Assembly (NCBI GenBank): GCA_024636575.1 | Contig: JAGXGU010000098.1 | Span: 1-33,807, forward strand | Direction: 5' to 3' | DNA length: 33,807 bases | DNA from: Altererythrobacter sp. | GTDB taxonomy: Bacteria > Pseudomonadota > Alphaproteobacteria > Sphingomonadales > Sphingomonadaceae | Shown here: piece by piece, positions 1 to 9,861 of the stretch | How the letters are laid out: each line of letters opens with the position of its first letter | How positions within the stretch are numbered: position 1 is the first letter of the stretch | Translations under genes and position numbers: made by a program | The notes under the pieces: generated by a model | The model's database searches: none | Told to the model about the DNA's origin: nothing | What the model saw: the letters and a program-made list of their open reading frames with translations, nothing else

Positions 1-351
1 CAGCGCCATCCCCGCGCCCGCGCCGACCAGTGCGAACAGCGGTAGCAGCCACGCACTGGCCGAATAGCCGAACCAGAAACTCGCCACCGCGCCCAGCGCC
101 GCCATCGGAGCGATCCCGAACAGCCCCGGATCGGCCAGCGGGTTGCGAAGATAGCCCTGCATCGCCGCCCCCGCCGCGCCGAGACCTGCCCCGATAACCA
201 GCGCCAGCACGGATCGCGGCAGTCGCAATTCGGCAAGGATCACTGCGGCATTCGGCGTGGCCGCAAAGTCCAGCCATACCCGCCCCGCCAGCAATGAAAG
301 CGGCAAGGCCAGCGCGATCAGGATGAGCAGGATGGGGATCGGGCGGGTCAT
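1..351 (-). CDS. btuC: FecCD/BtuC-family ABC transporter permease (5' part; runs off window start)
   Basis: Manual translation from ATG at 351: MTRPIPILLILIALALPLSLLAGRVWLDF...ELRLPRSVLALVIGAGLGAAGAAMQGYLRNPLADPGLFGI. RLPR and RNPLADP are FecCD motifs. ATGA overlap with upstream stop; lies in a B12-riboswitch operon. Confidence 0.85.
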   Translation of the reverse strand, partial: MTRPIPILLILIALALPLSLLAGRVWLDFAATPNAAVILAELRLPRSVLALVIGAGLGAAGAAMQGYLRNPLADPGLFGIAPMAALGAVASFWFGYSASAWLLPLFALVGAGAGMAL

Positions 352-1376
352 GTTTGCGGCTCCGCCACCACCCCCCGGCCCCCTCCTCTAAAGAGGAGGG
401 GGAGATTGCCGCGCCGCTTGTTAGCCCCCTCCTCTTCAGAGGAGGGGGTTGGGGGTGGTGACTCCGCTTCGATCTGCTCCCGCACTTCCTCCAGCCGTTC
501 CATCGCCCGGATGATCGTCGGCCCACCGCAATAGAGCAGGCCCGGATCGAACGCCGCGCGCTGCATATCGGGCAGGGCATCCAGCGCGGGGTGCAATTGC
601 GAACGTTCCTGTCCCGCCACCAACAGCAGTTCAGGCGGGCTCGCGATCACTTGTTCGAGGGAGAGATAGTCCGCCTGACCCATGCCGATCGCGGCGCTGT
701 GGCTGGAAAATCCGGCGCGGCGAAGCAGCTCGCTAACCAGCGCGCCCTCCCCCGGGACGATGCCGGACGGTTGCCACAACACGGTCGGGATCGGCGCTGC
801 GCCCGCTGCCGGGGTTGCTGCTGCCAACGCCGCATCGATTTTCGCAAGCAGCACCTCGCCCCCTACCGGATTGCCTGCCAATGCGGCGATGCGGCGGATC
901 TGGGCGTCGCTTTCGGCAATCGAGCTGGCGATCCCGAATGTTTCCACCCTGATCCCGAGATCTTCCAGTCCCGCCCGGGTGGCTGGCGGCATGAATTCGC
1001 TCGCGACGACCATATCCGGCTTCAGCGCCAGCACTTCCTCCACCGTGCCGCCCGTCACGCCGAATTGCCGCGCCCGCGCCGCATCCATCGAACTGGCGCG
1101 CGGATCGCGGCTGTAATGCGACAAGGCCAGCACCTGCTCCGGCCCGGCAAGTTCTGCCAGAATCGCATCGGTGCAGGGATTGAGGCTGACGATTGTGGGC
1201 CCAGCACTGCGGGGCTGTGCTATATGCGGAGAGGCATCCCCGCATCCCGCCACCAGCAGCGCCAAGATCATCACCCGCTTTCCCGCGAAGGCGGGAACCC
1301 ATTTGGCGAAGTGTTTCCTTGCCGCTCTGGGCCCCCGCCTGCGCGGGGGAGCGGAAGAAGCGGAAAGCCCTGTCAC
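348..1376 (-). CDS. btuF: Cobalamin/Fe-siderophore ABC transporter substrate-binding lipoprotein (BtuF-like)
   Basis: IVSLNPCTDAIL, EEVLALKPDMVV and LSLEQVIASPPELL motifs; lipobox LVAG-C. GTG at 1376 overlaps the btuB stop (GTGA); alternative ATG at 1271. Confidence 0.8.
   Translation of the reverse strand: MTGLSASSAPPRRRGPRAARKHFAKWVPAFAGKRVMILALLVAGCGDASPHIAQPRSAGPTIVSLNPCTDAILAELAGPEQVLALSHYSRDPRASSMDAARARQFGVTGGTVEEVLALKPDMVVASEFMPPATRAGLEDLGIRVETFGIASSIAESDAQIRRIAALAGNPVGGEVLLAKIDAALAAATPAAGAAPIPTVLWQPSGIVPGEGALVSELLRRAGFSSHSAAIGMGQADYLSLEQVIASPPELLLVAGQERSQLHPALDALPDMQRAAFDPGLLYCGGPTIIRAMERLEEVREQIEAESPPPTPSSEEEGANKRRGNLPLLFRGGGRGVVAEPQT
366..460. repeat. Palindrome doublet (family 2: CACCACCCCC-NN-CCCCCTCCTCT-NN-AGAGGAGGGGG, two inverted copies) inside btuF 3' end
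   Basis: Hairpins 379-402 and 425-448, each with 11-nt perfect arms; outer arms 366-375 and 451-460 are reverse complements. Confidence 0.9.
1275..1354. repeat. REP-like palindrome doublet (family 1) at the btuF 5' end
   Basis: CGCT-TTCCCGC-GAAG-GCGGGAA-CCCA (1276-1301) and inverted copy CGCT-CCCCCGC-GCAG-GCGGGGG-CCCA (1353-1328), 26-nt spacer. Confidence 0.9.
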
Positions 1377-3301
1377 ATTGCTGCCCTGATACCGGCGAAC
1401 ACGCCCCGCCCGGCAGTGCCAAAACCGGCAGCGGTCTGGTACTGTTCGTCCCACACATTTTCGACCCGGCCGAACAATTCGAACGTGCCCGTGACTTGCC
1501 AACTGGCCCTGAGGTCCAGCACGGCATATCCGCCAATCCGGACGCTGCCCGCCGCATCGTCGAAACTGCGCGAAACCAGCCGCAGATCACCGCCAAAGCG
1601 GAACTCTCGCAGCGTCCAGTCGGCAGACATGGTTGCCGCATGGCGCGGCCGCCGGGCCAATTGGTTGCCTTCGTTTACCGATCCGCTGGTGCGGTTTTCC
1701 GTATCGATAAAGGCATAGACGGCGCGCGCCGCGACATTTTCGGAAATGGCCATGCCGCCTTCAACCTCCACCCCCTGCGCACGGGTCAACCTGATGTTCT
1801 GATAGGTGCCAAACGGACGATCTGTGCAGATCCCGCCAATTACCCCGAAACAGGAGATGAAATCGATCTGGTTTTCGCTATCCCGGCGAAATATCGAAAG
1901 GGCGAAGAAATCGTCCAGATTGCGGTCGCCGTAATCCAGCCCGATGTCGAAACTGGCGCTGCGCTCCGCTGCCAGCGCCTGGTTACCGAAATCGGAGAAC
2001 AGCTGGAACAGTGTGGGGGCCTTGAATCCCTCGCCGAAACTGGCGCGCAGCCGCCAATCGGAACCCAGCCCAAAGGCGGCATCCGCGCCGAATGTCACCG
2101 CGCTGCCGAAACGGCTGTGATCGTCCACCCGCGCTCCGGCGTTGATCAGGAATTTCCCTTCGTGATCGAAGCTCAACTGACCATAGGCGCCGCCGATATT
2201 GGCCCTCTTCTCGGTATCGAAGGTGGATGAAAACCGGGTCCATTCGTACTCGCCGCCCAGCCGCAGGGAAAATGCGTGGTCCAGTTTCCATGTGCTGCGC
2301 ACTTCCGCCCGTTCGCTGCGGCCATCGGTGCTGAACGATGGGTCTGCGCCAAACAGCGGATCGAGACTGTCCCGTTCGATGTCCGACAGGGAAAAACTGG
2401 CGAGAACTGACACATCATCAAAGCTCAGCTCAGCGCCGGTCAATGCAGAAAATTCCCGCGTGTCCTGATATTCAGCGGTGTCTGCGAGCGAAAACAGGGG
2501 CGCGGGAAATCCGTCGATGTCGAGCCGGCCATCGGCATAACGGGCTGATCCGATCAGGCTGACCCGGTGATTGATATTCAGCCTGCCGCGCCCGCCGATC
2601 TGCCATTGGCGGAAGCCGTCCGGTTCGGTGCCGACGTCGGCAGTGGAAAAACCGTCCGTCCTGAAATATCCGCCATCGAATGCCAGTGACCCGGCATTTG
2701 CGGACAGGCCGCCGCCGGCCCGCGCATAGAAACTGCCGCGCGAACCATATTCGGCAGAGAATGCGGGATCATCCGCCGGTGCCGATGTTACCGCCAAGAC
2801 GCCGCCAATTGCCTGGCTGCCCCAGATCACGCTGTTGGAACCGCGCAGCAATTCCAGCTTGGAAATTGCGCCGGGCAGTAAGTTTCCGAAATCAAACCCT
2901 CCGCCCGGTGATGCCCGGTCTGCCACCCTTACGCCGTCGATCACCACCAGCAATTGTTCCGCCTCTGCGCCGCGGACACGCACGCCGGTAAAGCCGCCCA
3001 CGCCGCCGTTGCGGGTAATGGTGACGCCGGGCGCGCGCTGAAGAATGCGGGTCAGGTCCGGACCCTGAACAGCATCGATTTCATCCTTGCTGATAATGCT
3101 GACCGGCTGGCCGGTTGCAGTAATCCGGTCAGTCATGCCGCTGGCGACCACGGTGATATAGATTTCGCGCAAACGATGCGTCAGGACAATGGGCATGGCA
3201 TTTGCGCTGTCTGCTTCGGGCGCAGGATCGGGCAAATCCTGTGCCAATGTCGGCACAGCAAAACAGAGTGAACAACCAAGTAATAACAGATATTTGGACA
3301 T
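1373..3301 (-). CDS. btuB: TonB-dependent receptor, vitamin B12 transporter
   Basis: Signal peptide MSKYLLLLGCSLCFAVPTLA; plug motifs (LQRAPGVTI, VRVRGAEAEQLLVVIDGV, LELLRGSNSVIWGSQAIGGV); C-terminal ENVWDEQY; GGAGG SD before ATG 3301; cobalamin riboswitch upstream. Confidence 0.9.
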   Translation of the reverse strand: MSKYLLLLGCSLCFAVPTLAQDLPDPAPEADSANAMPIVLTHRLREIYITVVASGMTDRITATGQPVSIISKDEIDAVQGPDLTRILQRAPGVTITRNGGVGGFTGVRVRGAEAEQLLVVIDGVRVADRASPGGGFDFGNLLPGAISKLELLRGSNSVIWGSQAIGGVLAVTSAPADDPAFSAEYGSRGSFYARAGGGLSANAGSLAFDGGYFRTDGFSTADVGTEPDGFRQWQIGGRGRLNINHRVSLIGSARYADGRLDIDGFPAPLFSLADTAEYQDTREFSALTGAELSFDDVSVLASFSLSDIERDSLDPLFGADPSFSTDGRSERAEVRSTWKLDHAFSLRLGGEYEWTRFSSTFDTEKRANIGGAYGQLSFDHEGKFLINAGARVDDHSRFGSAVTFGADAAFGLGSDWRLRASFGEGFKAPTLFQLFSDFGNQALAAERSASFDIGLDYGDRNLDDFFALSIFRRDSENQIDFISCFGVIGGICTDRPFGTYQNIRLTRAQGVEVEGGMAISENVAARAVYAFIDTENRTSGSVNEGNQLARRPRHAATMSADWTLREFRFGGDLRLVSRSFDDAAGSVRIGGYAVLDLRASWQVTGTFELFGRVENVWDEQYQTAAGFGTAGRGVFAGIRAAM

Positions 3302-3408
3302 GGAACCTCCGAAACAAGCGACATAATTGTCGCTCACAACGGAAGGGACGCAGGACGCGCCTATCCATTTGCCTCCGACACACCCCGTCCGGCGGCTGAA
3401 CGACCGAA

Positions 3409-3590
3409 CATGGGCAGGTCTCCTGGCTCCCGGATCATGATCTGCGCCCCGCCTTCCCGGCATCCGCGAACGGATTCCAGTGGCATAATGGAGCGCAAAC
3501 TCCCCGGTCACAGTTGCGGGGGCAGCGCGAGGTTCGGGGACATCCCCTCACTCGCTTCCCTCTTAGGCTCGGTTTCCCAAGCAACCCATG
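3409..3590 (-). ncRNA. Cobalamin (AdoCbl) riboswitch
   Basis: Minus strand reads AAGAGGGAA, CTGCCCCCGCAACTGT, GCCACTGG...CCGGGAAGG and B12 box AGCCAGGAGACCTGCC; closing P1 CATGGG/CCCATG; directly upstream of btuB. Confidence 0.95.
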
Positions 3591-3700
3591 ACGTGGGCGC
3601 GGGATTACGCGCCCCGGCGCGTTCCGGCAAGAGCCGTTAACTTCACCTGTCGCTGCGATAGGAAATTATTCAGCATTCACGTTAACCGCGGCGGCACGCA

Positions 3701-5002
3701 TTGTGCCGCATAGGGACGTTGCCAAACCTGCCATCGTTAGGGGGCGCTGCGGCTGCTACGCGACGTGGCGCGGCTTCAACGGCCCTGAAAAGTGAGAGAA
3801 CCCTGTCCCATTTACCGCCTTTTTATGACGAGCCGGCCCCGGCGGATTTCCGTATCCGGGTCAGCCGTTCGGCGCGCGGGATCGGGGCGAGGCGCACGCC
3901 CAAGCATCGCGGACGGCGCATTGCGGCGCTGGCGGCGGCCATTGCCGTACCTGCCGTTGCCGCCCCGGGTGACTGGCAGCCGCTCGATACATCGGCATTT
4001 CAGCAGACGGAACCAGCCGCCCCGACCCAGCCAATGGCATACGAATTGCCAGGCAACAGTTTTCCCGGTTCGGCCTTCTATTTTCTGGAGGATGCACCGC
4101 GGATGGTCTTTGCATCCAGCGACACGCCGACACCCCTGTTCGACATTACCGGCACCGGCAATATCGACGCGGATCAGTTGGTACAGACACATAATGCCGG
4201 CCCGGCGGCCCGCACATTCATGGCGGCGGGTGACGGGATCAGCAAGGCGCGGGCGCTGCAATGCCTGACCTCGGCCATCTATTACGAAGCCGCCAGCGAG
4301 ACACTTGGCGGGCAGCGCGCGGTGGCGCAGGTGGTGCTGAACCGCGTGGCCCACCCAAGCTATCCGGGCAGCGTCTGCGGCGTGGTCTATCAGGGCTCGG
4401 AACGGCGCACAGGTTGCCAGTTCAGCTTCACTTGTGACGGCTCGCTGGCGCGCAAACCCTCTACCTCAGGGTGGGAACGGGCGCGCGCCGTGGCGCAGGA
4501 TGCGCTTTCGGGCGAAGTCTACCAGCCGGTCGGCCTCGCCACCCATTACCATACCATCTGGATCAGCCCCTATTGGGCGCCCAGCCTCGATCCGGTCGGG
4601 ACCATCGGCGCGCACCGGTTTTATCGCTGGCGCGGCGCGGCGGGCAAACCCGGCGCATTCCGGGCGAGTTATTCGGGCAGAGAGCCATTTGCCGCCCCCT
4701 CGGTGCGCAAGAACTCCGGCCTGGCGAAAGACGCCGCCGATCCGGTGGCGCTGGCCCGCCGGTTTGCGCGCGATTACGAAGCCCTGTCCGCAGAACCGGC
4801 CGTGCCGCAACCGCCCGCCGCCCGCAATCCTGATCAGTCAGTGGCTCGCCATGCCGAAAACCGCGCGCCCGCACCTGTCTATTCCGCCGCCGTGAAGGAT
4901 CGCGGCGGAGACCGGCTGTTCACAGCGGGAAATTTGCCCGAGGCAAGCGGCATCAAGCCAGAATATGCCAATAGTGGACGATGGATTTCGGAACCTAAAT
5001 AA
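3701..5002 (+). CDS. Cell wall hydrolase, SleB/Hydrolase_2 family
   Basis: CLTSAIYYEAASE...GQRAVAQVVLNRV...SVCGVVYQG...CQFSFTCDGS...ATHYH...IGAHRFY. Start uncertain (TTG 3701/3719 or CTG 3803). Confidence 0.88.
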   Translation: MCRIGTLPNLPSLGGAAAATRRGAASTALKSERTLSHLPPFYDEPAPADFRIRVSRSARGIGARRTPKHRGRRIAALAAAIAVPAVAAPGDWQPLDTSAFQQTEPAAPTQPMAYELPGNSFPGSAFYFLEDAPRMVFASSDTPTPLFDITGTGNIDADQLVQTHNAGPAARTFMAAGDGISKARALQCLTSAIYYEAASETLGGQRAVAQVVLNRVAHPSYPGSVCGVVYQGSERRTGCQFSFTCDGSLARKPSTSGWERARAVAQDALSGEVYQPVGLATHYHTIWISPYWAPSLDPVGTIGAHRFYRWRGAAGKPGAFRASYSGREPFAAPSVRKNSGLAKDAADPVALARRFARDYEALSAEPAVPQPPAARNPDQSVARHAENRAPAPVYSAAVKDRGGDRLFTAGNLPEASGIKPEYANSGRWISEPK

Positions 5003-5040
5003 TTGTTTTCCGGTCACCGGGCGTGAATTGCGGTTGAAAA

Positions 5041-5056
5041 TTAACTTTCCCTCAAC
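5041..5056. promoter_or_regulatory. Possible CtrA box (TTAA-N7-TCAAC)
   Basis: TTAA CTTTCCC TCAAC, 7/8 match to TTAA-N7-TTAA, in an AT-rich intergenic region. Confidence 0.35.
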
Positions 5057-5135
5057 CCTGTATTGGAACGGGGCCTTAGTGCCCTTGGGCTTAGGAACCA
5101 GATCAGCCAATCATCTGATCAGAGGTAACTACGGC

Positions 5136-5513
5136 ATGACCGTCTATTTCGCCGCTGCGCGTACTGCAGTCCGCTCTCCTGTCGCCCGCGTGCTGTCACG
5201 TCGGACGCCGGGCCGGGCTGCAAACGACAATGGGGATATGGCCGGAATCCAGGCCAATGACAATGTGATCCATGCTGCACTGCGCCACTTCGCCAATCAC
5301 GGCATGGGCGCAGCGCGCGAAGCCCGCAAACAGGCGGAATCTGCATTTTTCGCCGGTGATCGCCAGGGATATGACTGGTGGCTGGGAATTTGCCGTGCAC
5401 TCGACAAACGGATCGCCGGACAGCTGGAAGATGGCACGAATGCCCATTCCTGCACCCTGCCTGCCACCTCTCAGCCCCACCTTGCGGCCGTCGGCAACAT
5501 TGATATTGCTTAA
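5136..5513 (+). CDS. Hypothetical protein (125 aa) with AANDN motif
   Basis: ATG 5136 after GAGG; MTVYFAAARTAVRSPVARVL...AANDN...ALRHFANHGMGAAREARKQAESAFFAGDRQGYDWWLGICRALD. The upstream ORF extension overlaps the hydrolase and was discarded. Confidence 0.7.
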   Translation: MTVYFAAARTAVRSPVARVLSRRTPGRAANDNGDMAGIQANDNVIHAALRHFANHGMGAAREARKQAESAFFAGDRQGYDWWLGICRALDKRIAGQLEDGTNAHSCTLPATSQPHLAAVGNIDIA

Positions 5514-5639
5514 CAATCCCGGCCAAACGCGAACTGCATAAAAATCCCCGTAAGCCGGCGAATTTTCCGCAGGATTTGCCGCGTTTTGGTAAGGGACAAA
5601 TTAACCATTCAGTGACCTATCCTGACTAGAACAGATGTC

Positions 5640-7616
5640 ATGGCCAAGGGTGACCCTATAGCGAGGATCAAAGCGGTCCTGGCACATTTCGGACCGGGGG
5701 ATGCGTTAACGGAACGTGTCCGCCGGACACTTGTCCGTACGCTCTATTCCCAGCCCAGCAGTCTGGCCATTGGCGCCCTGGCAGGGATATTCTCTGCCGG
5801 AATCGTTGCCATCGGCAGCGGCGAACCTTTGCTCTATGTGGCATCGGCGGTCCTGGCAGTCATCGCAATCGCACGTGTTTCCGTTGCCTTCAGCATGTCA
5901 CCCGACGATACCGGCAACAGCACGCGCAAACTCGAAATGCTCTATGAAATCGGGGCCTTCAGCTACGCAATGATCCTTGGGGTCCTGGCTGCACTGACCC
6001 TGCTGCTGGAAATCGGCACACAATGGGAAGTGCTGATGACGGCCAATGCGATGTGTTACGGCGTGGGCATCTGCGCGCGTAACGCGGGCCGTCCGGCCAT
6101 TGCACTGGGGCAATTGTCACTCGCCGTTGTGCCCGTTCTTCTGGTTTGCCTGTACATCGGCTCTTTGCCCTATATCACCCTGGCCGTGACGATCGGCCTG
6201 CTGCTGCCGGCAATGGCTTCCATCACCCTGAATGTGTTCAAGGTGCTGCGCGAATCGATATCGGCAGCCGAGACCAGCGCATTGCTGGCCGAAAAGATGC
6301 AGGTTCTCGCGCGGACGGACGTCGTCACCGGCCTGGCCAATCGTGCGGGCCTCAACCATGCGATGGTCGAAACGCTGATGGATCTGCCAGATGGACAGAT
6401 GCTCGCGCTGTTCTGGCTCGATCTCGACCGGTTCAAGGAAGTGAACGACCTGCTTGGCCATCCGGTGGGGGACCGGGTGCTGTCTGAAATCGGCCGCCGG
6501 TTGCGCGCGGCATCCTCCGTCGATGCCACGGTTTCGCGCTTTGGCGGCGATGAATTCATCATCTTCTGCGAAGTATCCAGCCGTCAGGATTGCGAGAAAC
6601 TGGCCGGGCGCCTGCTGGATGAAATTATCCGCCCCGTCCGGATCGATGGGGACCGGTTGGAAGTAAGGGCCTCCATGGGTATCGCTATCCTGCCGGAAGA
6701 CGGGATCGATTCCGACACACTGATGCAGCGCGCCGATCTGGCTTTGTATCATGCCAAGGTGAACGGCAGGAACCAGACCTGTTTCTATAACCCCGCGATG
6801 AGCCGCGACCTTGTCCGCCGCCGCGAGATCGAGGCCGAATTGCGCTCCGCCATCGTCAAGAACGAATTGTCGATCTTCTTCCAGCCGATCGTCGACCTGG
6901 AAACGGGCAAGATCCGCACTTTCGAAGCATTGGTGCGCTGGTTCCACCCACAAAAGGGCGAGCTTAAACCCGATGAATTCATTCCCGTGGCCGAGGAAAC
7001 CGGGGTTATCGTCACATTGGGCAACTGGATCACCGCACAGGCGGCCAAGGCCTGCGCCGCATGGCCCGAAGATGTGACCCTGGCGGTCAATCTTTCGCCA
7101 ATGCAGATCAAGGCCCCCGGCGCTGCGCTGGGGATTCTGACTGCGCTGCGTGATGCGGGCCTGCATCCATCACGGTTGGAACTGGAAGTGACCGAAAGCC
7201 TGTTCCTGGACGATAATCATGCGACCAACAGCTTCATCGAAGAATTGTCCGCCGCCGGGGTCCGCTTTGCGCTCGACGATTTCGGGACCGGCTATTCCTC
7301 GCTCAGCTACATCCACAAATATCCGTTCAAGAAGATCAAGGTCGATCGCAGCTTCGTGTCCGGCCCCAATGTCGGACGCAAGAGCAACGCAATCATCCGG
7401 GCAGTGGCCGAATTGGGCAACACGCTCGACATGGAAATCGTCGCCGAGGGACTGGAGACCATCGAACAGGTGCAGGCCGTGCGCGACGCCGGTTGCACCC
7501 TGGGCCAGGGCTATTACTTCAGCCGCGCCGTGCCGGATTACCTCGCCGCGATGCTGCTTGCCCAGGAACGCGGTACGGACCGTGATGGCAGAGAAGTTGT
7601 GCGCCAGGCTTCCTGA
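5640..7616 (+). CDS. Membrane-anchored GGDEF-EAL diguanylate cyclase/phosphodiesterase
   Basis: About 5-6 N-terminal hydrophobic helices; DLDRFKEVND, RFGGDEF, FEALVRW, DDFGTGYSSLSY, KVDRSF and AEGLET all intact; no RxxD I-site. Confidence 0.93.
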   Translation: MAKGDPIARIKAVLAHFGPGDALTERVRRTLVRTLYSQPSSLAIGALAGIFSAGIVAIGSGEPLLYVASAVLAVIAIARVSVAFSMSPDDTGNSTRKLEMLYEIGAFSYAMILGVLAALTLLLEIGTQWEVLMTANAMCYGVGICARNAGRPAIALGQLSLAVVPVLLVCLYIGSLPYITLAVTIGLLLPAMASITLNVFKVLRESISAAETSALLAEKMQVLARTDVVTGLANRAGLNHAMVETLMDLPDGQMLALFWLDLDRFKEVNDLLGHPVGDRVLSEIGRRLRAASSVDATVSRFGGDEFIIFCEVSSRQDCEKLAGRLLDEIIRPVRIDGDRLEVRASMGIAILPEDGIDSDTLMQRADLALYHAKVNGRNQTCFYNPAMSRDLVRRREIEAELRSAIVKNELSIFFQPIVDLETGKIRTFEALVRWFHPQKGELKPDEFIPVAEETGVIVTLGNWITAQAAKACAAWPEDVTLAVNLSPMQIKAPGAALGILTALRDAGLHPSRLELEVTESLFLDDNHATNSFIEELSAAGVRFALDDFGTGYSSLSYIHKYPFKKIKVDRSFVSGPNVGRKSNAIIRAVAELGNTLDMEIVAEGLETIEQVQAVRDAGCTLGQGYYFSRAVPDYLAAMLLAQERGTDRDGREVVRQAS

Positions 7617-7722
7617 TACCACCGGGCCATGCCGCGGGCCCATGCCAGGCTATGATTAGTCAGGCTCGCGGGCTCTAAACGCTACTGCGAACTATTTGCA
7701 AAGATAGTTTCGCGACACGTAG

Positions 7723-8826
<1,104 letters not shown>

Positions 8827-8911
8827 GTGCCGCCACCTCGGTTTGAACCGGGTGGATTGCGGCTGAAGTGGCCAGCACATGCTGACATGACGAATTAGGA
8901 AACGCCAAGAT

Positions 8912-9802
8912 ATGTCCATTCTCGTAAACAAAAACACCAAGGTCATCACGCAAGGGATGACCGGTGAAACCGGAACGTTCCACACCCAGCAGGCGCTCGA
9001 TTACGGGACGCAGATGGTGGGCGGAGTTACGCCGGGCAAAGGCGGCACGACGCATATCGGCCTGCCCAATTTCAACACCGTGCGCGAAGCCAAGGCAGCG
9101 ACCGGCGCGACCGCATCGTGCATCTATGTTCCGCCGCCATTCGCCGCTGATGCGATCTGCGAAGCGATTGATGCCGAGATGGAATTGATCATCACCATTA
9201 CCGAAGGCATTCCGGTGCTCGACATGGTTCGGGTAAAGGCCGCGCTGCGCGGGTCCAATTCGCGTCTGATCGGGCCGAATTGCCCCGGCGTGCTGACCCC
9301 CAATGAATGCAAGATCGGGATCATGCCCGGTTCCATCTTCAAGAAGGGTTCGGTCGGCGTTGTCTCGCGTTCCGGCACGCTGACGTACGAAGCTGTCCAC
9401 CAGACCACGATGGTCGGCCTGGGCCAGACCACCGCAGTCGGTATTGGCGGCGATCCGGTCAATGGTACGAACTTTATCGACGTGCTCGACCTGTTCCTGT
9501 CCGACGATGAAACCAAGTCGATCATCATGATTGGCGAGATTGGCGGAAGCGCAGAAGAAGAAGCGGCGGAATTCATCGCCGAACAGGCCAAACTGGGCCG
9601 CAGCAAACCAATGGTCGGCTTCATCGCGGGCCGCACCGCACCTCCGGGTCGGCGCATGGGCCATGCCGGGGCCATCGTCTCGGGCGGCAAAGGCGGCGCG
9701 GACGACAAGATTGCGGCGATGGAAGCAGCGGGCATCCGTGTTTCGCCGTCACCTTCGGAATTGGGCACCACGTTGGACGCCATGCTGAAGGAGCTGGTGT
9801 GA
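8912..9802 (+). CDS. sucD: Succinyl-CoA ligase subunit alpha
   Basis: [42 protein letters not shown]. Confidence 0.98.
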   Translation: MSILVNKNTKVITQGMTGETGTFHTQQALDYGTQMVGGVTPGKGGTTHIGLPNFNTVREAKAATGATASCIYVPPPFAADAICEAIDAEMELIITITEGIPVLDMVRVKAALRGSNSRLIGPNCPGVLTPNECKIGIMPGSIFKKGSVGVVSRSGTLTYEAVHQTTMVGLGQTTAVGIGGDPVNGTNFIDVLDLFLSDDETKSIIMIGEIGGSAEEEAAEFIAEQAKLGRSKPMVGFIAGRTAPPGRRMGHAGAIVSGGKGGADDKIAAMEAAGIRVSPSPSELGTTLDAMLKELV

Positions 9803-9816
9803 TCCGAAAAAACTGG

Positions 9817-9843
9817 TGAGTCCCAGCGCAGGCTGGGACCTCC
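9817..9843 (+). repeat. REP-like hairpin (family 1), left flank of GIY-YIG gene
   Basis: TGAG-TCCCAGC-GCAG-GCTGGGA-CCTC; stem 9820-9827/9832-9839. Confidence 0.8.
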
Positions 9844-9861
9844 ATCCACCTGGAGAAACCT

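Noticed and set aside
3302-3511. N-terminal extension of the btuB ORF
   Set aside because: It overlaps the riboswitch; the signal peptide and SD point to ATG 3301.
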